A stretch of DNA of 64,000 nt, from assembly GCA_964567895.1 (NCBI GenBank), contig CAZMOX010000001.1:20992-84991 (forward strand), read 5' to 3'. Shown piece after piece: positions 57,389 to 64,000 of the stretch (the stretch's first letter is position 1; every line of letters starts with the position of its first letter). The DNA is from an uncultured Spirochaetales bacterium. GTDB taxonomy: Bacteria > Spirochaetota > Spirochaetia > JABMQR01. Position numbers and translations under genes: made by a program. The notes under the pieces were generated by a model. The model ran no database searches. It had not been told where the DNA came from and was given only the letters and a program-made list of their open reading frames with translations.

Positions 57389-57477
57389 ACTCCTTCTGTT
57401 ATTTCGAGTATAATTACCTGTTTTCTTATCGGAGCGTCAAGTGAAGGTTGACTCAGCACTAGTACTCCGACAGACTT

Positions 57478-59778
57478 CTAAAAGAATACTGCCGCATTTA
57501 ACTTCTTGTGATCCTTTCTCCGCCCCAGAGCTGCCAGGCTCAGGTATATCAATATAAACCCTAATCCTGCCGCGGCAATCCAGCCAAGGGAATGACCTTC
57601 AGCAATCTGATAAAACAGAACCGAAACAATCCACGCCAGAAGTGTCAGGTACCCGACAAGCAGTGTCCCATATAGTTTCCCGATTTCCCGTAAAGTTACT
57701 CCCAACACTGCCACACAAGGAAAATAGATAAGAACAAACAACATATACGCGTATGCTGCGGCTGGTGTAAACCGGGAGCGAAGAGCCGTAAACATATTCT
57801 TTTCTGCATCAATTTCATCTGATACTGAGGTCTCACTTCCAGAGACAATCCCTTTAACCAAACCGAGAAGATTCTGTCCCAATACCTGAAAAGCCCTTCC
57901 TGCTTCTAGTAAAATAACGTGAATATTCTTCTGGCCATACTCAGACTCCTCCTGACTGGCATTATCAGATTCGATATAAAGGCTATTCAAAGAACCGATA
58001 ATAGCTTCTTTCGCAAAAATACCTGTAAAAAGCCCCACGGTTGCCGGCCAGTTTTTTTCAGTAATTCCTATTGGCTTAAAAATGGGGGTAATTGTTTTTC
58101 CTATTATGGAAAGAACAGATTTTTCTGAATCATCGTTACCGAAAGTCCCATCGGTTCCCCAGCTGTTTAGGACTGATAGCACAACTACCACTATCAAGAT
58201 CACTTTACCAGCCCGGAAAACAAACAACTTTAATCTTCCAAACGCATTTTTCAGTACTTTCTGTATTACGGGTACATTATATTCCGGCAGCTCCATGATA
58301 AACGGCGAAAAGGATCCTTTGAAAAGCGTACTTTTCATGATCAACCCGGTAAGCATAGCAAGCAGTATTCCTGCAATGTATACCGAAAACACTATCAATC
58401 CCGCATATTTGCTGAAAAAAGCAGCCGCAAACAAGGCGTATACCGGAAGTCTTGCACCGCAGGACATAAACGGTACCATAAAAATAGTCAAAAATCTGTC
58501 GCGCTTATTTTCCAGTGTCCGGGTGGCCATTATAGCCGGAACCGTGCAGCCAAACCCCACAAGCATTGGTACAAATGCCTTTCCCGGCAGACCGACTAAC
58601 CGCATAAATCTATCCATCACAAAGGCTGCTCTGGCCATATACCCTGAATCTTCCAGTATTCCCAGCATCAGGAACATAAAGAAAATTATCGGTATGAATG
58701 TTGAGATTGTCTGAATTCCTCCGCCCAGTCCACCGGCTAAGAATGCTATAATCCAATCTGGAGCACTAATTGCCTGCAAAAGGAATTCCGGCCCCTGTAC
58801 AAAAACAGCTCCAAACAAAATATCAAAGAAATCTATAAATGCACCACCAATAGACATGGTTACCAGAAAAACCAGGTACATCACTCCAAAGAAAATGGGT
58901 ATACCCCAGAATTTATGAAGAACAATATCGTCAAGATTAATCTTTTTTTTCCTGACTTTCCTATGAGTAATATATTCCTGCAGCTTCTGAATACCCTCAT
59001 ACCGGGCTTCGGCAAGCACAATGTCAGGATCATCCGTAAGCTGGGTTTTAACTCCATTCGCTGCAGCGATGAGTTCTTCTGAGATCTCAGGATACTGAAC
59101 CTGAATTTCTTTTATGATTACCGGGTCACTCTCAAGAAAGCCTAACAGTACACTTCTTCTCCCGATTCGCGCATTTTGGAGAAGAACGTGCTCCGGAAGT
59201 TGTGATGCAGCCAAATAGTTTCTTATAGCTTCCGGGTACTGCACCAGCTTTCGGTTCTCTTCCAGAACTCCTTTTTCCAGTATTTCTTTCAGTATTTGAG
59301 AAAATCTCTCAATATCTTTCAAGTTGTTTGCGGACATTGCTATAACCGGAATACCAAGTTTTTTGCTTAACCCGTTAACATTTATTTCAATTCCATTTTT
59401 CCCTGCAATATCCATTTTGTTAAGAACCAGCATCATGGGGATTTCAAATTCTTTAAGCTGCATTGTAAGGTATAGATTCCTTTCCAGATTTGCCGCATCA
59501 ACAATATTGATAACCAGGTTGTACTTCTCTGTAGCAAGAAAAGTCCTGGCTGCCATTTCATCCTCTGAATCGGGAATGAGTGTATAAATACCCGGAAGAT
59601 CAATAACTGATCCTGTTAAAGCGCCCAGCCGCAAGCCCCCTTCTATTTTCTCAACGGTTACCCCGGGCCAGTTCCCAACCCTTTGATCACTGCCGGTTAG
59701 AGCATTAAATAAGGTTGTCTTTCCACAGTTCGGGTTCCCTGCTATAGCAACTGTTATTGCATTTTGTTGTTTACTCAT
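57478..59778 (-). CDS. feoB: ferrous iron transport protein B
   Basis: N-terminal G-domain VAIAGNPNCGKTTLFNALTG, followed by a polytopic membrane domain. Length 766 aa. Confidence 0.9.
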   Translation of the reverse strand: MSKQQNAITVAIAGNPNCGKTTLFNALTGSDQRVGNWPGVTVEKIEGGLRLGALTGSVIDLPGIYTLIPDSEDEMAARTFLATEKYNLVINIVDAANLERNLYLTMQLKEFEIPMMLVLNKMDIAGKNGIEINVNGLSKKLGIPVIAMSANNLKDIERFSQILKEILEKGVLEENRKLVQYPEAIRNYLAASQLPEHVLLQNARIGRRSVLLGFLESDPVIIKEIQVQYPEISEELIAAANGVKTQLTDDPDIVLAEARYEGIQKLQEYITHRKVRKKKINLDDIVLHKFWGIPIFFGVMYLVFLVTMSIGGAFIDFFDILFGAVFVQGPEFLLQAISAPDWIIAFLAGGLGGGIQTISTFIPIIFFMFLMLGILEDSGYMARAAFVMDRFMRLVGLPGKAFVPMLVGFGCTVPAIMATRTLENKRDRFLTIFMVPFMSCGARLPVYALFAAAFFSKYAGLIVFSVYIAGILLAMLTGLIMKSTLFKGSFSPFIMELPEYNVPVIQKVLKNAFGRLKLFVFRAGKVILIVVVVLSVLNSWGTDGTFGNDDSEKSVLSIIGKTITPIFKPIGITEKNWPATVGLFTGIFAKEAIIGSLNSLYIESDNASQEESEYGQKNIHVILLEAGRAFQVLGQNLLGLVKGIVSGSETSVSDEIDAEKNMFTALRSRFTPAAAYAYMLFVLIYFPCVAVLGVTLREIGKLYGTLLVGYLTLLAWIVSVLFYQIAEGHSLGWIAAAGLGFILIYLSLAALGRRKDHKKLNAAVFF

Positions 59779-59815
59779 CAGAATTTGTTCCTTATGCCTG
59801 TATCTATTATTCCTG

Positions 59816-60094
59816 CTAGTTCTGTACTTTTCTTAAAAGCAAGACTTTTGCTTCTTCTTTTCTGAGACTGAGGGAATAACCGCGCAATTTGATTTCGACC
59901 GGGTCACCCAGGGGCGCTGATTTCACATACTCAATAACCACTCCGCGGGTTAACCCCATGGATAAGAGTTTTCTTCTGTATTGTCTGTCTGAATCTATAA
60001 ACCCCGTTACTTTTGCCCTGTCTCCGGGCTTTAGATTAGAGAGAGTTTCTTCTGTATTCATTTCTTCCCCCATAAGTCGATTAAGCCGAGTCAT
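59816..60094 (-). CDS. feoA: ferrous iron transport protein A
   Basis: 92 aa with a FeoA SH3-like domain (LKPGDRAKVTGF...LLSMGLTRGVVIEYVKSAPLGDPVEIKLRGYSLSLRKEEAKVLLL). Confidence 0.8.
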   Translation of the reverse strand: MTRLNRLMGEEMNTEETLSNLKPGDRAKVTGFIDSDRQYRRKLLSMGLTRGVVIEYVKSAPLGDPVEIKLRGYSLSLRKEEAKVLLLRKVQN

Positions 60095-60107
60095 TCCAAA
60101 TACCTTC

Positions 60108-60509
60108 CTAACTTACTCTTACAACTTGAATAAAATCAGCCATGCGTGAATTAATCATAAAGGTACTGCCGCTGAGCCGAACACAGATACCGGAACCGCA
60201 ACCATTCCCTCTTCTGACACACTCAACCCTGCTTCCCGGAATCATCCCAAGTGAAAGTAGTTTTTTCCGGAATCCCGACTCTTGAACTATACTCGTAACA
60301 ACCGCAGTATCTCCGGGGTATAATTCTCCAAGTAAGCACTCCGCACGTGCCAATCTATTCTGTCCATTACAGGTATGAGCAGGATTTCTCCCACGACCCC
60401 GCTGAAACCGAAATCTTTTTCTTTTTCCGCCGGTTCTGCACTCTCTTTGATTGTTCATGCTGCATTCCCCTATAGGAAGTTCTTGATCCTTACGCTTTTT
60501 ATCAAACAA
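60108..60509 (-). CDS. second FeoA-domain protein with a ~60-aa Arg/Lys/Cys-rich N-terminal extension
   Basis: The C-terminal FeoA domain (LYPGDTAVVTSI...LLSLGMIPGSRVECV) is preceded by ...GGKRKRFRFQRGRGRNPAHTCNGQNRLARAEC. Confidence 0.65.
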   Translation of the reverse strand: MFDKKRKDQELPIGECSMNNQRECRTGGKRKRFRFQRGRGRNPAHTCNGQNRLARAECLLGELYPGDTAVVTSIVQESGFRKKLLSLGMIPGSRVECVRRGNGCGSGICVRLSGSTFMINSRMADFIQVVRVS

Positions 60510-60522
60510 CTCGTTTACTATG

Positions 60523-60545
60523 TGATAATATCAATTATTTAATAT
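60523..60545. promoter_or_regulatory. Fur/metalloregulator-like box tGATAATATCAATTATTTAAtat upstream of the feoA-feoA-feoB-dtxR operon
   Basis: GATAAT-type hexamer repeats resemble a Fur box. The site lies 14-36 bp upstream of the first feoA start. Confidence 0.25.
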
Positions 60546-60670
60546 AATGTCAATTACTTTTGTTTATATGTATTAACTTTTTTACAATAATATTGTAGCT
60601 GCTAAGTATGCTTGCTTAATTTCAGTTATAAAACTTGTAGTAAGATGCCCTATACGATAAAATACTTTTT

Positions 60671-60961
60671 ATGAAAATACTATTTATTGGCGGAACGGGG
60701 AATATCAGCACTTCAGTAAGCAGCTTGGCAATAGAACTACTTAAAGGATATACATGGGATGCGGTAGTAAACTGGATCGCATTTACGCCGAAAGATGTAA
60801 AGAGAGACTTCCGTCTTTTTTCAGGAAAAACACGGCAATATATTTTCATCAGCTCTGCTTCCTGCTATCAAAAACAAGCGGATACCCCATTAATAACTGA
60901 ATCAACTCCTTTGCATAATCCTCTCTGGGACTACTCAATGCAGAAAATTTTTGATTATTAA
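60671..60961 (+). pseudogene. truncated NAD-dependent epimerase/dehydratase remnant. Only the N-terminal ~96 aa are present.
   Basis: Rossmann N-terminus MKILFIGGTGNIS and YIFISSASCYQK, then a stop after 96 aa where the family is normally about 300 aa. Confidence 0.55.
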
Positions 60962-61073
60962 AAATTCTTAACCTTTCTCTTACCCAATCTTCACCTCCTG
61001 ACTTTACATTCAATATTGAAAGGGAAATACATATAAATCCCATATTAAAAAAATATTACATTGGAGAAAAAAA

Positions 61074-61715
61074 ATGAAAAAACTAATTACCGTATTGAGT
61101 ATACTAATTTTACTAATATCAGTTCCTGCATATTTGTTTGCTGAAGGAACCGTAGAGACTACACAACAAACTGAACCTGTACAGCAGGAAACAGCATCTA
61201 TCGTGGTACCGACAGACCTGAGTCAGGACGAGTACGATGGCCTGCTCCTTATGCGTGAAGAAGAAAAACTTGCCCGCGATGTATATCTGGAATTAAGTGA
61301 TATCTGGGGTGTAAGGGTATTCAGTAATATTGCCGGTAGTGAACAGACTCACATGGATGCAGTTCTTACTGTCATGGAAACTTATCATATGGTTGATCCG
61401 ATTCAGGATGATTCTCGAGGTATATTTACCAACCCGGAACTTGCCGATCTATATGAGCAGCTGATAGAAAAGGGATCCAATTCGCTAACCGATGCTTTCA
61501 CCGTCGGAGCCATTATTGAAGATCTCGATATTAAAGACCTGCGAGTGCTGCTTTCGAAAACAGAAAATGCAGTTATAATACGGGTCTATGAAAATCTTGA
61601 GAAAGGATCAGAAAATCACATGAGAGCCTTTATCCGTCAGATTGAGAATAATCGATCCTCGTATGAAGCACAATTTATTACTGCTGAAGAACTAGCAGAA
61701 ATATTGGGAAAATGA
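61074..61715 (+). CDS. secreted DUF2202 (ferritin-like superfamily) protein
   Basis: Signal peptide MKKLITVLSILILLISVPAYLFA. The DUF2202-type four-helix pattern includes EEEKLARDVY and SEQTHMDAV. Confidence 0.55.
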   Translation: MKKLITVLSILILLISVPAYLFAEGTVETTQQTEPVQQETASIVVPTDLSQDEYDGLLLMREEEKLARDVYLELSDIWGVRVFSNIAGSEQTHMDAVLTVMETYHMVDPIQDDSRGIFTNPELADLYEQLIEKGSNSLTDAFTVGAIIEDLDIKDLRVLLSKTENAVIIRVYENLEKGSENHMRAFIRQIENNRSSYEAQFITAEELAEILGK

Positions 61716-61864
61716 TTAAAGTATGCAATGCATACTTTTTTAGAAAATCGAAAAATACCTTTTTAAAAATTCCGGTTTGCTCTATATGAAGATATGCAAA
61801 TCGGGATTTTTTTTATTTTCAGATTAGTAATTCCACCACACAACACCCCGCACCACAATAAAAG

Positions 61865-63100
61865 TTATTCTCTCCCGGTAATTCTCTTACAGTCAATCCG
61901 TTTTGCGGCAAATACTCCTGAAAATATTATTAAAGATGAAATCACCATAACAGCCGGGAAACCAATTAATCGAATAAGCACTCCTGCAATAATCGGAAAG
62001 ATCATGCTCATAATACTTCCAGCTCCAGATAAACCAGTATAAACAGTACGGTTTTCATCATTTGATATCTCGAGAAGTACTCCCGGAGCTGCAATTTGAT
62101 ATAAAGCAAGGCTGATTCCGCTTAACAGGAAAACAATCATATAAAGTGTTTGATTTGAAGAGAGAAGTAATGCCGCTATCGGTACCGTGGTTCCTGTCAA
62201 AATAAACATATAGAGAATCCCCTTATACCGCTGATTTTTATTCATCAAATTAAGAATAATATTAGTTGCAAGGCTCCCGCTCATTTGAACCAGCAAATAG
62301 GTACCAACCATGGTTCCGGTAAGTTCAAATTTCGTACGTCCCAAAAGTATAAAAAAGGGAATAGTAACAAGAATTATTCCTGAGGTATTAATAAGCAGTA
62401 GATACATCTGTAAATTTCTATCTTTACTAATTGCATCACGAAAAGCCCGAAACCTTTCTGCCATACTTATTTTCTTTTTTTCTACCCCGGCAGGCTCCCT
62501 TATAAGCCAGAAACCAATTGTTCCAATGAGCAGCAGTACACCTGCAGATATAAAGAGAATACTGTAGTTTACCGGGTAGGCAAAAAAGCCTAACACAAGT
62601 TTGACAAGCAGTGCAGAAATAATAACGCCAAAGCTCGAAATAAGCTGCTTCATCAGAAAAAAACGTTTTCTGCTATCCGGTTCAATCGCCCTTCCGAGAA
62701 TATCCGTATAAGCAATACTTGCAAAAGAACCGCTAAAGGAGAATATGGTCATAATTCCCAATATGACAAACACCTTCCAAATTCCCTCTGATCCTGATCC
62801 ATCCACCCCTAAAAGAAATACTCCCAGAAGAATAAGTGCTGCAACCCTAAGATAGATACCGATAATGAGGAAACGTTTCTTTTTGGGATACGGCATAAGA
62901 ATTCCTGCAAAAAAGAGCTGCATAAAGCTTGTGCCGCCAATCATTATAGCCGACAATATACCAAGATGCACTGATGACCCACCAGCCTCGGCAATCATGT
63001 TCGGAACAACAGTATTGATATTAATGAAATTCATTGTCAATGCAAGAAACAGGGCATGGAATGTAAATGCAAAAAAATTTCGATTAGTGGTTTTTTTCAT
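61865..63100 (-). CDS. MFS-family transporter
   Basis: 411 aa with about 12 TM helices in a 6+6 arrangement separated by a cytoplasmic loop (REPAGVEKKKISMAERFRAFRD). Confidence 0.7.
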   Translation of the reverse strand: MKKTTNRNFFAFTFHALFLALTMNFININTVVPNMIAEAGGSSVHLGILSAIMIGGTSFMQLFFAGILMPYPKKKRFLIIGIYLRVAALILLGVFLLGVDGSGSEGIWKVFVILGIMTIFSFSGSFASIAYTDILGRAIEPDSRKRFFLMKQLISSFGVIISALLVKLVLGFFAYPVNYSILFISAGVLLLIGTIGFWLIREPAGVEKKKISMAERFRAFRDAISKDRNLQMYLLLINTSGIILVTIPFFILLGRTKFELTGTMVGTYLLVQMSGSLATNIILNLMNKNQRYKGILYMFILTGTTVPIAALLLSSNQTLYMIVFLLSGISLALYQIAAPGVLLEISNDENRTVYTGLSGAGSIMSMIFPIIAGVLIRLIGFPAVMVISSLIIFSGVFAAKRIDCKRITGRE

Positions 63101-63250
63101 TGCGGCCTCGCTTACTTTCGCTATTTTATACTACTATATATTTGGGAGTCTATGGAATTTATCACTATTCAGGGTCAATCTGATTTTTCCGACGGGAAAA
63201 CACTAAAAAAAGCAGATTCTTTAAAAAATAAAAAATATATTAAAATAGTC

Positions 63251-63315
63251 TTGACAATATCGATAAAAATTGTTTAATTGTCAACAGCAACTATTGCTAT
63301 TAGCAACTATAGTTG
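63251..63315. promoter_or_regulatory. MFS/MarR divergent control region. It holds an inverted repeat TTGACAAT-n18-ATTGTCAA, a direct repeat agcaactat x2 and a perfect palindrome CAACTATAGTTG (63304-63315).
   Basis: Read directly. The position is typical of MarR operators, overlapping the promoter of the marR-like gene. Confidence 0.45.
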
Positions 63316-63738
63316 ACTAAAGATAAAAGGATTATATCGGATATGATTGATGAGATTCTCGAGTTGAAAAAACGTTGTAATTTTGGTGATGAAATTGGAC
63401 AAACTTTCAATCTTACTCTTGGTGAAGTATCCTGCCTTTCAATTATTGCCAGACACAAAACACTCTCATCAAAAAACCTTTCCGCACTTATGGAGTTGTC
63501 CCCCTCACGAGGAAGCAGGGTAATAAGCCGATTGTCTCATCGTGGTTTCATTGTTGGCAGATCTGACGAGTCTGACCGCCGGTATCTTTTACTTACTCTT
63601 ACAGAAGCTGGGAAAAAATGCGATCTTGTAATACAGAAAGAGAAGAAAAATTATGAAGAGCGGATTCTAGCAAAGCTCACCAATGAACAAAAATCGACCG
63701 TTAATAACGGTTTAAGTATACTTTTACAAATTTTATAG
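63313..63738 (+). CDS. MarR-family transcriptional regulator
   Basis: 141 aa with a winged HTH (LTLGEVSCLSIIARHKTLSSKNLSALMELSPSRGSRVISRLSHRGFIVGRSDESDRRYLLLTLTEAG). Confidence 0.8.
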   Translation: MTKDKRIISDMIDEILELKKRCNFGDEIGQTFNLTLGEVSCLSIIARHKTLSSKNLSALMELSPSRGSRVISRLSHRGFIVGRSDESDRRYLLLTLTEAGKKCDLVIQKEKKNYEERILAKLTNEQKSTVNNGLSILLQIL

Positions 63739-63763
63739 GGAGAATGAGATAATAATTACAGAA

Positions 63764-64000
63764 GTGAACAGCGCTATAAACCTGCGCTATTCTGAACTGG
63801 CAGAAAGCAGTTGCTGCCTCTCGTGTGGAGGAGCAATAAACCACAGTAAGGTATCTGAGGGAGAGACCTGTGTAGACCTTGGAAGCGGTCGGGGAACAGA
63901 TGTGCTTCGCATGGCAGAAAGCGTTGGATCTGAAGGATATGTCTATGGTGAGATGATTCCTTTTTTGAAAATTTTCAGACAAGGAAACAAAGAATTAGCC
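63764..64000 (+). CDS. SAM-dependent methyltransferase, ArsM-like. 5' part only, with a putative GTG start; the gene runs off the window.
   Basis: A Cys-rich segment SSCCLSCGG is followed by the SAM-binding motif VDLGSGRGTD. This resembles the arsenite methyltransferase N-terminus. Confidence 0.35.
   Translation, partial: MNSAINLRYSELAESSCCLSCGGAINHSKVSEGETCVDLGSGRGTDVLRMAESVGSEGYVYGEMIPFLKIFRQGNKELA

Noticed and set aside
58082-58714. 210-aa + strand ORF inside feoB, along with other antisense ORFs such as 22031-22558, 26382-26720 and 48164-48619
   Set aside because: Each is fully embedded antisense in a strongly supported gene, and none has recognisable domains.
1-64000. Searched by eye for transposases, integrases, phage structural genes, rRNA and cas genes
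   Set aside because: None recognised. The tRNA-Cys gene has no adjacent integrase, and the duplicated segments lack terminal inverted repeats or a transposase.

Overview
This 64 kb window reads as ordinary chromosome from an anaerobic bacterium, with GC about 45%. The anaerobic lifestyle is inferred from a class III ribonucleotide reductase (nrdD/nrdG), electron-transfer flavoprotein genes (etfBA), feoAAB-dtxR iron uptake, GlpA-type FAD dehydrogenases and a radical SAM enzyme. I found about 60 protein genes and one tRNA-Cys(GCA). I found no transposase, integrase, CRISPR array or rRNA.

Gene content in order:
- 3' end of purB.
- A 1255-aa lipoprotein with an acidic E/P/V/I-rich linker (two 204-bp segments repeated identically) and more than 20 ankyrin repeats.
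- GNAT acetyltransferase.
- A peptidoglycan and amino-sugar recycling island: sugar ABC transporter, anmK-murQ, etfBA, a decayed GlcD/LctD-like oxidase, a serine hydrolase, murR-like regulator plus nagZ, and an L-Ala-D/L-Glu-type epimerase.
- A decayed duplicate of the nagZ 5' end with a 9-bp microsatellite.
- DedA, AlkD-like DNA glycosylase and AlaX-L.
- A YtrA-like GntR, ABC ATPase and permease operon with a palindromic operator.
- vapBC.
- Malic enzyme, an Ldh_2-family oxidoreductase, and a DeoR regulator.
- Family B DNA polymerase (polB).
- A DUF134 regulator followed by the first GlpA-like(BFD) / FAD-NAD oxidoreductase / DUF1667 triad.
- B12-binding radical SAM enzyme.
- tRNA-Cys.
- GGDEF cyclase.
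- gpsA-like and a fumarylacetoacetate hydrolase (FAH)-family gene.
- NrdR-box-like site, then nrdD, a thioredoxin-like gene and nrdG.
- GNAT, NUDIX and Mrp/ApbC.
- A hypothetical secreted protein.
- The most notable block, all on the + strand: FadR-type GntR, a second GlpA-like triad (with a BON-like N-terminal extension), an FGGY kinase, an alkyl-dihydroxyacetonephosphate synthase (ADAPS)-like FAD oxidase, a 3-ketodihydrosphingosine-reductase (KDSR)-like SDR, and a serine-palmitoyltransferase (SPT)-like alpha-oxoamine synthase. I read this as a candidate DHAP-linked ether-lipid or sphingoid-lipid module.
- The dtxR/feoB/feoA/feoA iron operon.
- A truncated epimerase remnant, a DUF2202 protein, an MFS transporter, MarR and the partial start of an ArsM-like methyltransferase.

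All annotations rest on motif and family recognition by eye; no database searches were run.
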